The notes beneath the pieces were generated by a model. That model was not told the DNA's origin, did no database searches, and saw nothing but the letters and a program-made list of their open reading frames with translations. The position numbers and the translations under genes were made by a program. A stretch of 63,971 nt of DNA, counting the filler, from Mitosporidium daphniae (Eukaryota), in the NCBI RefSeq assembly GCF_000760515.2. It is 9 parts of 9 records of this genome, joined end to end, with 100 filler letters (N's around TTAATTAATTAA, not from the genome) between each part and the next. Parts side by side here need not be neighbours in the genome. Positions count along the whole stretch, not along the records: positions 44,464 to 51,672 come from NW_013546648.1; positions 51,773 to 58,768 come from NW_013546647.1; positions 58,869 to 63,971 come from NW_013546609.1; 6 more parts are not named here. The stretch is one strand, 5' to 3'. Within the stretch, counting starts at the first letter, position 1, and every line of letters begins with the position of its first letter. Shown piece after piece: positions 47,496-59,675 of the stretch.

Positions 47496-47586
47496 TTTCA
47501 TTTGATTTGATTTGATTTGATTTCATTTCATTTCATTTGATTTCATTTCATTTCAATTCATTTGATTTCATTTCAATTTAATTTAA
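47496..47586. repeat. Pentanucleotide microsatellite (TTTCA/TTTGA)n upstream of UPF1
   Basis: About 18 imperfect ATTT[C/G] units. Confidence 0.9.
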
Positions 47587-47637
47587 ATGCATTATAGAGG
47601 CTCCACAAATTGTAGCCAATATTTTAATTTTAATTTT

Positions 47638-50587
47638 ATGAATTTCAATTACACTTCAAATGATAGCCATCATGCATCATGGGCATCTGTATCAAAATCT
47701 CTCATTGACGATCTTGATGCGAACGACGCCCAAACAGAATACGATCAATCTTCCATAGCAGCACCCAGTGAAGTGAGACTATCTGGAGACGAAGCTTCTG
47801 AATTTGATGATGACACATATCTCGAGAACGAAGATGATAGCGGCGGAGAAGATGAAGACCAGTTTGAAAGCTTTCCAACGCATGCATGCAGGTTTGAAAT
47901 TTATGCGCTTATTTCTTAAACTTAGCTATTGCAAGATTTTCGATCCCTCATCTGTGATCAAGTGCTTAACGTGTTCCAAATGGTTCTGTAATTCTCGCGG
48001 TGGCACGTCAGCGTCGCATGCTATTCATCATTTCGTGCGTTCAAAGCACAAGGAAGCTAGTCTTCACACAGACTCTCCGCTTGGCGATACCATCCTTGAA
48101 TGTTATCTTTGTGGTTGTAGGAACGTCTTTAATTTGGGCTTTATCCCAGCAAAAACAGACACCGTAGTGGTGCTATTGTGTCGCCAACCATGTGCCTCTG
48201 GTGCTTCTATTAATTCCGATCTCGCTTGGGATCTTTCGTTATGGCAACCCCTGATCTCCGATAGGATGTTTTTATCTTGGCTTTTGAAGGTACCGGAGGA
48301 TGCCGATCGAAAGATATCCACCGCTCAGATTGGACAGCTTGAAGAGGCTTGGAGAGAAGCTCGCCAATCAACCAGTTTTTCACTTTTTCCTGCTGACGGC
48401 ACCGAGGCAGCGGCAAATGTTATCCCGGTTGCTTTAAGCTATGCTACAGTCTTTTCCTATCAAGAGGTTTTTGAGCCCCTGGTAAAGCTTGAGGCTGAAT
48501 ATGATCGAACACTCAAGGAATCACAATCGCAGTCAAATGTTGCCATTCGCTGGGATATCGGCTTAAATGGGCGGACCGTCGCCTGGTTTACTGCCTCAAA
48601 CTTGGATTCAGATGCTCGAGTGTGTCCAGGTGATGAGATGCGAATAAAGCAGCGGTTAAATGGATGGGAGGCGGTTGGACAAGTCATCAAAGTCGGAAAC
48701 CCCTTTGCTACTGGGGAAGAAATCGGTGTTGAGCTTGGCGGTGGATTTGGAGGTCCGTCCCGTTCCAACCAGTCACTTTCTGGAAGTCTTTCCTCAGTAT
48801 CGTCAGCAAGTGGGTCTGGTGCAAAACCTCCGACGCATATTTTTAGTGGATATTCAATTGAATTTGTATGGAAGCCTACATCATATGAGCGCATGCTCAA
48901 AGCCTTGAGAAAACTAACGCTGACAAACCTTTCCACTAGTAGAAAGGCCCCATCAACTTCTTCCAACGCCTTTTCTTGCTCTCCTCTTTTAGTGAGCAGG
49001 CTATTGGGAGAAAATATTCCAAATGAGCCTCCAGCTTTTATCTCCAATCCACCCGTTATTACTCTTCAGGAACTTCCATCCCTTAATCCATCTCAAAGCC
49101 TCGCTGTTCAAATGGCACTACAGCGACCTCTTTCCTTGATCCAGGGGCCGCCGGGTACGGGAAAGACCGTGACCTCTGCTACTCTTGTTTACCATTTGGT
49201 AAAAGGCGGACGTTCTGGGTCTGGCTCAGCTGCCTCAAAAACATCTAAGAGCCCCCTTCTCATTTGCGCCCCGTCAAATGTTGCCGTTGACCAGCTTACA
49301 GAGAAAATTGCGTCCATTGGATTGCGAGTTGTTCGTGTGGCAGCAAAATCTCGGGAGCTACTTGAAAGTTCAGTTGCTTCACTTTCTCTTCATGAACGTG
49401 TAAAACGAGAGGCCATGGCCACGCCAGGGTCTGAGCTTGGTCGGCTTTTCAAGTTGCTCGAGGAGCAAGGCGAGCTTTCGGCACGAGACGAGACTCGTTT
49501 GGCAAAGCTTAGAAAAAGTGCCGAGCGATCCACTCTTAATTCTTGCGACGTCGTTTGCACCACTTGTGTTGGTGCTGGAGATCCCCGTTTGGCTTCTCGC
49601 CGTTTCAGGGCTGTTTTAATTGACGAGGCCACTCAAGCTACGGAGCCCGAGACTCTGATTCCAATCGTTCACGCTGGTGTTCGCCAAGTTATTTTGGTCG
49701 GTGATCACAAACAGCTTGGCCCTGTGATAATGAACAAGGCTGCCTCGAAAGCTGGTCTTGCTCAATCTCTTTTTGAGCGCCTTATTTTGCTAGGACATCG
49801 CCCCATTAGACTGGCTGTTCAGTATCGCATGCACCCACTGCTCTCAACCTTTCCTTCAAATATGTTTTATGAGGGAGCGCTTCAAAATGGTATTTCCGAA
49901 AACGATCGACTACGCAAGCTTAACGGCTTCGTCTGGCCAAACCAAATCCCGATGTTCTTCCTCGCATGTACGGGCATTGAGGAAATTTCATCAAGTGGGA
50001 CCTCCTTTTTGAATCGAGGGGAAGCTTCTTTGGTTGAAAAGCTGGCTACCTCCTTGATTCGCGACGATGGAATCGACCCATCTTCAATTGGTGTTATTAC
50101 GCCCTATGAGGGGCAACGAGCCTACATTGTCAATACGATGGCCGTAACTGGCTCCCTTCCATCATCTTCATATGGGCCCATTGAGGTTGCTTCTGTTGAT
50201 GCCTTCCAAGGCCGAGAAAAGGATTATATCATTCTCTCTTGCGTGCGCTCAAATGATCATCAAGGTATCGGGTTTCTTTCCGATGGGCGTCGATTGAATG
50301 TGGCGCTTACTCGCGCAAAGTATGGCTTAATCTTGCTGGGAAATCCGCGCGTTTTGTCTCGAAACGCCCTTTGGCATGCACTGCTAAGCTACTTTTCTGA
50401 ATTGGGTGTTCTTGTAGAAGGGCCCTTGCATGCACTTAGACCATGCACAACTCCGCTCAGCAAGCCGAGAAAATCTACCTCGGCTATTGCGTCTGACGAG
50501 CTCAAAAAAACATCTTCCGATGAAATTAGCTCTTTATCTATTTCCGGGTCATTATCAATGCTGACCATTAACTCTGAGACTTCATGA
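47638..50587 (+). CDS. UPF1: Upf1 nonsense-mediated decay helicase; one short intron near 47892-47925
   Basis: CH domain KWFCNSRGGTSASH..LECYLCGCRNVFNLGFIPAK; IQGPPGTGKT, LIDEATQATEPE, VDAFQGREKD, RLNVALTRAK. Confidence 0.98.
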
Positions 50588-50670
50588 AAAAATCGACCGG
50601 GATCTGCCGATGCTTGCATTTGCCCCGATCATGTCAAGTCTGGTCGCTTGGCATGGAATTATAAAATAAA

Positions 50671-51672
50671 TCACGTACTTTTATTTTTCCTGATTAATTT
50701 CTGAATGTTATTGATTGGCGGGCTCGTTTGGTCGATTGCACTCTTGTTAGTGTAAAAAGAATCCTTGGCTCGGGCATGTAAGTCTAAATTCGAAACAGAA
50801 AACCGAACCACCTCAATTTCCTCGCCACCATTGTGAATTTTCTCGATTGCGTCGATCAGAATATTTGTAGATTCATATGCCAAAGCTATGCTGGAAAAGT
50901 CTATTTTGCAAAATACAGAATCGATCCATCTGTTTAGGGCCGGTCCACCTTGGTTTGGCTCGCAATGTGGAGAATAACAATTAGGAGATGGCGAGAGCCA
51001 GAAATGCGTTCCTGCCCCCCCTACATATTCAGGCCGATATGATAAGGACTCAAGGAATGTCGATAATTCAATCGGCTCGTTATCAAATGTACTGAGATGC
51101 CTGGACATTGGGTCATCTGGAAATAGAGGAACTACTTCATTTGCATCTCTTTCCTCATTTGCGACGGCAAATGGAAGCGGGCATTTTCTATTATCAACGG
51201 ACGGGCTCCATGAGCAAAGAGATGATCCAGACTGATTTTCAAATAAAAATCTCCACCAGCTCTCTAGCTGTTTTGGGTGCAGTTTTGAACTTACTGTCTT
51301 GCGAAAGAAAAACGGCTGTGGCCTCTTGTGTCCGCTACTGAAAAGTGCCAGTGTTTGGTTATTTTCCCGGGAATAATCAATCAACGCTTTTATGAGTGCT
51401 TTAGTTATACCAGATTGTGCGTTTCTTGGTTGACACATTCCAGTTGTTTCTATCCATTGAATGTAGCTCAAAGAAGTTGATAGCGATTCAATAGCACAAA
51501 GTGCACAGATCGCAAGGAAATTGTTTTGTTGCCTTTGTATGCATAGCACTACAGAAGATGAGGTCCATTTGGGATCAGGTTCCTCGCCATTTTTATTGGA
51601 GCTTTTGCAAAAAACCGAGCCTGGAGCAACGGACCTGCAATATTCACTTCCGCCGATAGGATTTCTATCTTT
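50671..51672 (-). CDS. RTT109: Rtt109-like H3K56 acetyltransferase (5' end lost at contig edge)
   Basis: YIQWIETTG, LALFS..PQPFF, LHPKQLESWW, VPLFPDDPMSRHL, FLESLSYRPE. Confidence 0.72.
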   Translation of the reverse strand, partial: KDRNPIGGSEYCRSVAPGSVFCKSSNKNGEEPDPKWTSSSVVLCIQRQQNNFLAICALCAIESLSTSLSYIQWIETTGMCQPRNAQSGITKALIKALIDYSRENNQTLALFSSGHKRPQPFFFRKTVSSKLHPKQLESWWRFLFENQSGSSLCSWSPSVDNRKCPLPFAVANEERDANEVVPLFPDDPMSRHLSTFDNEPIELSTFLESLSYRPEYVGGAGTHFWLSPSPNCYSPHCEPNQGGPALNRWIDSVFCKIDFSSIALAYESTNILIDAIEKIHNGGEEIEVVRFSVSNLDLHARAKDSFYTNKSAIDQTSPPINNIQKLIRKNKST

Positions 51673-52010
51673 NNNNNNNNNNNNNNNNNNNNNNNNNNNN
51701 NNNNNNNNNNNNNNNNTTAATTAATTAANNNNNNNNNNNNNNNNNNNNNNNNNNNNNNNNNNNNNNNNNNNNGTTGCCAATTTTCCACGGCTTTCTTGCT
51801 TTATATTTGTTCATAAGTTGGCACGCTGGTTTTCACTTTTATGGCTCCCGTAATGCTATCATGCAAACATGTGCGTAATTTCAATTAATGCATTTAGCTA
51901 CCTCGTGCGTTTGTGTCATCAAAACGACTGGGGATTTCCTCAGCCTCCAACCCTAGGCCTTAAATTTAGCAATTTAAAATTTGATCCAATTCTACACGCT
52001 GTACAATAAT

Positions 52011-54227
52011 ATGACATCGCGTCTTGAACTTCTCAACGGAATGTTCCTGTCAATAGGGAAACAGAAGCATCTGCTAAATCAGGTGGAAAGCTCGGAAAAG
52101 TCTGTAGATGATTCGATTGAATTTCTTTTTGGCAAATTACGGGTATTTCGAATCTCCTTATCTTAGATATTGATAGCAGATATTAATGAGCTGGAAAAGG
52201 CGCAGGGAGAGCTGCAAATTGTGATTGAAAACCAGCAAAAACTCAAGGAAACGCTCAATGAAATGATTTCTGGCGTCAATATTTCCGATAAGTACTTTAA
52301 AGTTCTTATGAATGGTTCATTTGGCGATTCGTCCCACTTGAGTCTGATGCTCGAGGCTAGTGAGCGGCTTTTGCTTGCAACCAAAGATCATGAGAATAGT
52401 ATGATGTCAAGCCTGCGGTCCATAAAAGAAAGAGAAGCTCATTGTGTCCGAATATTGGATTCGTTCTGGACGCGATTTTCCGAGTTTGTACAAACAGAAC
52501 TTACTCGGATTTACCAGGCAAATTCATACAGCTTCAAAAGTAAGAGAGATATTCCCTACTTTGAAAACTGTAAAATGTACTATGACAAATCGCTTTTGAA
52601 ATACTCCAACTTGATGCAGAAGCTGTTTGAAAATCAACCTCGGCTACATAGAGATGTTGAAGAGGTTTGTATGCTGCTCGTTTATTGCGTGTTTTGAGAA
52701 CGCCTTCAAATTTTTTATGCTGTAGGATTATATCAAGTATGAGGGTGATTTGTATGCCATGGCTGCTGACCTTTGGATGGAATCTGCACGGTCAATTTGG
52801 CCGTCGAAAAAGTTTTCTGACGAAGCTCTTGCTCGGTCTGGAGGTACGTTTTGATGATGGTAATGTTTTCAGTCCCATCATTCGCCGTATTTTACGAGTT
52901 TTCTGCATCCTCGCTATTACAGGAGTCAAGTACCTCAGCAGAATGCTATCAGGGATATGATGCCTTGTCTCATGTTTTTTCCAAGTTTTTACGTGTAGCT
53001 CTATTTGCAAACCCTCGATTTGTGGATTTCATATGACACGTCGGAGAGGAAATTCTTGGAAACCTGGCTGGTGGCCCAAGATTCATTACAGTGCCAGAAA
53101 ATAGAGTTCAATTGTCCCTCTAACTTTAGCGCCCTGTTGCATCGGCTACTGGGGACTTGGCAAATAGCGGCAGAAGAACTAGCCGATGCCGTAATTACAT
53201 CAGGATCATTTAGGTATTGACGCCGTGAGAATAACTAACTCCAAAGGACCCTGACTCTATCGGCATTTATCGTGGAGCAGGAAAAAAACCTCAAAGGGTT
53301 GGATCTTTTTCATAAACACTCATCTTCATTCACAGAGGCCCTAAAAACGTTTTTTGTACGTTTTCATTCTTACGTGTCAGACCCAGCAAGTTAAAGCGAT
53401 TGGCAGGCATCCCCCGTCTTGTCGAAAACGGACTGGGCTTAATGGGCCGTTGTGTGCCGTTAATGTAACCATGGGATCCGTTTATGCTAGAATATGTTTT
53501 TTTGGAGCAAAGCCATGTTTTCGTTGCCCCAAAATCAACGTGCAACCCAGAATGGTGAAAATAGCGAAACTCAAACGGAAAAGATTGTAAGGCGAGGAGT
53601 TTGGTCGCTTTTGAACACGTTAATTTGGCAGCTGATTAATTTTCCACAATCGGCCACCACGGAGAAAGAGAAAACCAATGTGCTTGTGTATCAGCTTGGT
53701 ATGGCAGTCGGATTTTTACCATAGAAAACGGATTCTTTTTACTCCATCTTTTACAAGCTGGAAAGAATTGGATTGCAATCGATGACCAGGAGAAAAATGA
53801 AATGGAAGTATCTTTGAGCGAATGCATCAAGCAGGCATCTTCCTCTTATGCCAAGGCCTCCGCGCATAATATCTTGCGAGGCAGCGAGGACATTTCATAT
53901 TCTAGTTCGATGAGTGCAATTGCTAAGGTTGTGTCAGGGTGGTGCCTTAAAGATGTACTGACAATTCAAATTCTCACATTATAGGTACGGAAGTGGGCCG
54001 AGGAGCTAAGAGCCAGAGTATCGAAGCATTTTAGCCCATCACGAAAAGTGCTTCCCGAACTGGAGGTGAAGATATGGAAGGAAATCGAGAAAGAGTCTTT
54101 AGCTATTTTCAAGTTTCTTTCCGAACAAACAGGAAAGAAAATCAGCCCTTTTAAGGATGAAGAGCTGGTACGCTTATTGAGAGATTTGCAAGAGAAAAAA
54201 GATTTGAATTTTATTATTAAAAATTAA
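52011..54227 (+). CDS. SEC3: Exocyst subunit Sec3 (helical C-terminal domain), multi-exon
   Basis: INELEKAQGELQIVIENQQKLKETLNEMI, LRSIKER..F..RF, LLKYSNL, FTIENG, and VRKWAEELRARVSKHF resemble Sec3_C. Confidence 0.68.
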
Positions 54228-54230
54228 TCG

Positions 54231-55370
54231 ATGAGTGGCAATCTTGTGCTTATTGAAAGTTCGTCCGCAATTGTCGTGGAGACCCATAAAAAGGCAATAT
54301 CCAGAATACGGTTTAGCCCGTGCAGCTCCATGATAGCAACGTGTTGTAAGCTTAAATTGGGGATAATGGAATATTAGCATCTGACCGCACCATCAAGATT
54401 TATCATATTGATGAAGAGTGGAGGTGTATAGCGACTCTAATGGGACACTTGTTGGGCATTTCCGATATCTCTTGGTCCTCAGATTCTTCTTTACTGGCAT
54501 CGGCATCAGACGATACCACTGTGCGGATATGGCAGATAAACTCTGCGTCCGATAAGGCGGATTCGCTTGTATTGAAGGGACATTCGGCGATCGTGTTTTG
54601 CGTTTGCTTTCATCCTTCAGGTCCTTGGGTTGCATCTGGATCTTTTGATGAGAGCATTCGCATTTGGAATGCCTGGAATGGTTGTTTTCTTTTCTGATGT
54701 TTTAGGAGAGTGCATTCGAATGATCTCCGCGCATTCGGATCCCGTGACGTCTCTTTGTTTTGCTCCAGACGGCACACAAATACTGGCCTCGTGTTCTTAC
54801 GACGGGCTTGCCAGGCTTTGGGATTGCTCCACAGGCGATTGTCTTAGGACATTTATTGACGATAGAAATCCTGCTTGGTAAAGCCATATGATTTTTACCG
54901 TTTGTAGCTCATATATCACATTTACGCCGAATGGGAACTTTCTGTTGTGCAGTGCATTGGATTCTACCATTCGCATTTGGGATATTAAAAAAGGCACCTG
55001 CCCGATCACTATAAATGAACCCACGTATATAAACGAACGCTATTGCCTAACGCCGTGTTTTTACACTCGCAATGGCGATGGCGATGAGGGCCCAAATTAC
55101 GTGGTCAGTGGAAGTGAAAATTCTCTTTTGCATGTGTGGGACATTAGCAACGCACCTGGTCAATGCGTATTGAAGAAGAAAATATCAACCATCACACATG
55201 GTGACGAAGGCGGGCCAAATAAGTCTGCCACCGTTTGTGGCCTCGATGAACGGCCTATTCTTGCTCTTGACATTTGTCAGAAAAGGTCACTGCTGGCGCT
55301 TTCTGTACTCGATGATAGACACCCCAATTTATCTGTATTTAGGATTGTCCCAGGCGCTCAGCATGGCTAA
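54231..55370 (+). CDS. WDR5: WDR5/Swd3-like WD40 protein, multi-exon
   Basis: GHLLGISDISWSSDSSLLASASDDTTVRIW, SGSFDESIRIW, AHSDPVT, SYDGLARLWDCSTGDCLRTFIDDRNP. Confidence 0.88.
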
Positions 55371-55448
55371 TGTTTTATTATAAATTTTATGAGATATTAA
55401 TTACAGCAGTTGCAAGCCATGAACCCCGGAACTGGTTGGGGAGAGTGA

Positions 55449-57008
55449 CTAGTGAAGCAGATACATTTTCAGCTCAAATTTAATGCTTTTGGCCAGCTTT
55501 TCAACCACATCGTAACTGGCAAGGCATCGAAGCTTGATTTCGTCCAGCCTCTCCACTAAGTGACATCTCTCCAACAATCCCAGCTGGATCAGAAGCACAA
55601 CCTAAACAGAAAAAGAGCATATTTTCTTACCTGACTTTGAACGCAAACATTTGGTGATGATGATGTCACATCAGGCTCGACAATATTAGAATAAATGGCA
55701 AGCATGCGCTCATAAACAAAAGCCTTGGCATCTTGGTATTGTGATACGCTGGAGACTAAAGGTCCCGAGCCAGCAGCTTTTTTAGCAATCACCAACTTTT
55801 TCCTGGAGTCCGAGACAATTCTTGTGCCTGAAGTAACGGCAAAATTGACGTCGCCAAAAATCCTAGAATCCAATTTGGGTGGATTGTGTGATGCCAAATA
55901 GGAGGCAATTAAGACATATTTTATAGTCTCCGGCAGCGTTGATAAAGGCTGGTATGGGGAAAACTGTTTGATTGGTGCTAAAGCGGGCGATGGCAATGTG
56001 TTCGAAAAATGAGGATTGTCGATCTCCGCAAAAAAATCAAATGGGCTATGGGCACAAAGGGCCTGGGAAAGATTGGCGTTGATTTGCTTGAAGTATGGCT
56101 GCATGGCTTTTATGATTTCAGCGGGTTGTGAATGCCGATATTTGGAGTCGGCACTGAGCATTTCATAAATGGGAAATAGAAGATTGTACAATTTTACCAG
56201 CTCTGGAAAGCAATGAGTAATCGGGAAGAAGATATCGATAAAGAATTTTATAAATTGGCTGGAGAGGAGCGGGGTTTCAGTGCTATGAGTGGTCAGAGAT
56301 GCATGCGATGTTATTAATGTTGGAGGATGCGGCTGATCTTCTAGCAGAGTTGCCAGCTCTGTTTTTAAATATGGAGGGAAATATACAAAAATTGGCTCCG
56401 GAGCCAGGGCAAACCCGCTGTATTTATCCCAAGAAGCGGTACTTAGCCAGATATTGGTTAAAAAAACGGAAGAAGTGCTTACAATAGAAGGTAATTTAAA
56501 TAAAATCGAAAAAAGTGTTGGGAAGATCGAGGAAAATCGATCCGAAAGCTTATAAACAACGTACAAGGGGACCATGTTTCTTCCCTCCATTTGTCGCTTG
56601 GAATCCTTGTGATGCATGGTATCGATGCATGAATTTATGATTTGAATGAGTTCGAATGCATGGCCACACACCTGGGGATTACTTTGTAAAAAATTGGCTG
56701 TAAATGCGCTACAAAGCATGGAAAGCAACTGCTTTTCATTGTAAATTTGATGCAAGTCAACAAACAGATGAAAATACCCAGCATTGCGATCAGATTTTCT
56801 GTGATCAAATAAAAAGTCGATTGCCAGTGATTTTCCTGTCCCAGTATCACCGTAAAGAAATAAATTTTGAGGGGGTGGCGTGCATTCCTAGCCATTAAAA
56901 ATGCGCAAACTATACTTGGAATAACAGCTGGGACAGTGAACAAACTTGAAGCTCTCGAAATTTGGGCGGATTTGAAGGGCCGCTGCAACGAGCCTCGGCG
57001 ATGGGCAT
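55449..57008 (-). CDS. ORC5: Origin recognition complex subunit 5, multi-exon
   Basis: FRELQV..L..LL, Walker A NLFLYGDTGTGKS, FPPY.K.EL, KYVLIASYLASHNPPKLDSRIF, FVYERMLAIY, LDEIKLRC..AKSIKFEL..YL. Confidence 0.88.
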
Positions 57009-57539
57009 TAAAAAAATTTATTAAGAATACTGGGGATAAATTTGGTGCTATGAATGCCGCCGGCGTTTTCCCTGCTGTTTCTTTTAATATCATGATAATA
57101 TGACATTATGAAGCGGAGGCTAAAATATATCACTCTTATTGTAACGAATATGAGCACATTCTTTCTGTTTGTGAAAAATGAAACCAATGAGTAGCCAAGC
57201 GAACAAATTCCAGAAGAATATGGCAGAAACTCGGAATACAAACTGAGGATTATTTTCTCCGCGAGCGAATATAGTATTGACACCGCTTTGTTGGGTGGGT
57301 GCATTTGCGCCGAAGCCATAGTTTTTGTGCCTATTCCATAGGTTTTCGGGTCAAACAACCCATCCCACAGTGAATGGGAGCTGCAGACGAGTAGTGCAAG
57401 AGTTATCAAAGCCACAAGAAGAATGCTTCGCATGTGCATGGGCGTATACACGAGTATTAATCGAAATTCATAACACCGCCCAATAGAAGCATGGTGAGGA
57501 CAACGAGGATGATTGGTTAAAATGGTTTATTTAGAAAAT

Positions 57540-58010
57540 TTATGATTTTGGGGCTTCCTTGTACGACATTACGAGCTCTTCACCCATGGCAGAGACGACG
57601 GAAATCAGCAGCTCTTTTCCGTTATTAAAATCTTCCGTTATCTTCTCGCCCAATTCTCCCTCTGGGAGCTTGATATCATCCTTGGTATCTCCAGAGGGCT
57701 CCATGAGAGACAGGTAATTGCTGTCAATATTTAAAAGGGTGTACTCTGCACGAGTAACATTGGGAACATTCATGTTATGAGTGGAGGGGGAAAGCTCTTC
57801 ATACTTCTTTCCGGTAAAAATATCGATCGCAACAAGGTGTACTTTGGCACTGCCGTGTTTCCCGGTTTTAGAGGTACTCATATCAACAATTTTGCATGGG
57901 CGATCCTTGATGACAACAAACCCGTTTTTTCTCAAGCTAGAACATTGAATGGGAAAGGTTTTTGATGCACCAGATACTGCATTATCGAACTCGTATTCTG
58001 CATCAGACAT
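57540..58010 (-). CDS. TIF51: Translation factor eIF5A
   Basis: [20 protein letters not shown] hypusine loop, PSTHNMNVP. Confidence 0.98.
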   Translation of the reverse strand: MSDAEYEFDNAVSGASKTFPIQCSSLRKNGFVVIKDRPCKIVDMSTSKTGKHGSAKVHLVAIDIFTGKKYEELSPSTHNMNVPNVTRAEYTLLNIDSNYLSLMEPSGDTKDDIKLPEGELGEKITEDFNNGKELLISVVSAMGEELVMSYKEAPKS

Positions 58011-58111
58011 TTGTTGTAATAAAATTTGTACTTATTTTTGCAATACAGGGGGGGGACATGTTCACGTAAAGTTTAAATAGATTTTAATATTTACACCGTC
58101 CAGCCTTTTAA

Positions 58112-58768
58112 ATGGACATTGTCAGGGAACACATAATTCAAGGCATTAAAGCTGGCGAGTATGCTCGGGTTATCGAAAAAGTGCAGTCAAGTTTGTAGCG
58201 CATTTTAATCCATTAGTCCTCAATGACTCTGCATATTTTGAGCAGACCACATCGGCACCAATGAAAAGGTGGCTCATTTATCAATTGGTGGCGGCCAAAA
58301 TCGGGAATTCCGACGTCACTTCATGTGTTGACATACTTGCCAATGCTGAAGATTTGGATGAAAACCTGGTATTTCTGAAGGCATATTGTAATTATGTTTT
58401 GAAAAACTACGATGCTTGCCTGAGCATCTTTGAATCGTTAAGCGAAACAAATGTCAACTTTAGCATTTTGAAGGCGCAATACGTTAGTTATCTTTTATTG
58501 ACAGTAGGAATTCAAAAGAGGGAATTTTGACGCGTGTACTGCCGATTTTTCCCGCCTATCGAAAATGGAGTCTTGCAGCGATTATAAAAGCTTACTTGAA
58601 ACCAACCACCTTGCTGCTCTGGCAAAAAAGCATTCATTTGTTTATGCCGATGTAGAAGGCTCTCCTGTTGCCGAAAGTATGAGCAATGAATATGAGCTGC
58701 TGTACAACTCTTCAATCCTTCAAATAGCTTGCTTTAAATTTGATTCCGCACTCGAGTATTTTAAAAAG
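58112..58768 (+). CDS. SRP72: Signal recognition particle subunit SRP72, N-terminal TPR region (cut by contig edge)
   Basis: LVFLKAYCNYVL, ILKAQ..FKRGNFDAC, LETNHLAA, YELLYNSS..A.EYFKK follow the SRP72 N-terminal pattern. Confidence 0.72.
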
Positions 58769-59675
58769 NNNNNNNNNNNNNNNNNNNNNNNNNNNNNNNN
58801 NNNNNNNNNNNNTTAATTAATTAANNNNNNNNNNNNNNNNNNNNNNNNNNNNNNNNNNNNNNNNNNNNCTTTTTGGGCTTGGAAAAATATGTGGCGAAAT
58901 CAAATGGACGAAAAACAAATCGCAGGCGAAAGAGACAAATATGCGGAATGAAAGCGAATATCGCGCTTTTCGAAGGAGCCATTTTGAATCTCAACATTCA
59001 CAGGCTGATTTTGAACATGAAAGATCCAAACTCTATTGATGAACTTTTGTGGATTATTTTCCGAGCCCAAAAAGAACATATACATGGTTCTCTTAATTAA
59101 AGACAATAGCTGGGATGAGAAAACGCTTGAAATCGGCTTCGAGTTGGCAGATACGTTTTTCATTAGGGCAGCCATCTAGAACAGGGGTTCTTTGGCTTTG
59201 CGCTTCTATTTTCATGGCCTATGATTTTTGCGATGCTCTAGATACTTTGATCGAAAAGCTGGTAACCTCGAAGAAGACAGTCCTTCCATGATAGACAAAA
59301 AGTTTACGGTGAAAGCGCATACATTTAGGGTCAGGTTATCGTTTGACTTGGGGTTTCTTCTTTAAATACATGGTTAAAGTCAGGCATCGCCTGTACTAGA
59401 CTAGGCTCCAACGCGACACTGGTCAATTGCTAATCGAGTATGATGGCCAAAAATTTTAGTTGGTTGAATATCAAAGAGTGCTTTGGTGCTAAATTTATGC
59501 AGCGGCTGATCTACCAGAACAATTGGATTTATTTGCTAGCAATCTTTCTAAACCGCTAATTCAGTTCCAGATTAACCGCTTAATTTTAGGTATATCCCCA
59601 AAGCGAGAATTTGGTATTTCAAGCCAATTCTCATCTCAAACACGTGCTGGGATAATTTTATTTAGGGATCGTCTT

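Noticed and set aside
1625..51672. Functional clustering of Vps75-like chaperone with Rtt109, or of mitochondrial genes
   Set aside because: They lie on different contigs joined artificially.
57008..57451. 147-aa minus-strand ORF with a hydrophobic start between ORC5 and eIF5A
   Set aside because: No family recognised, and an alternative spliced plus-strand reading is equally possible; cannot be called.
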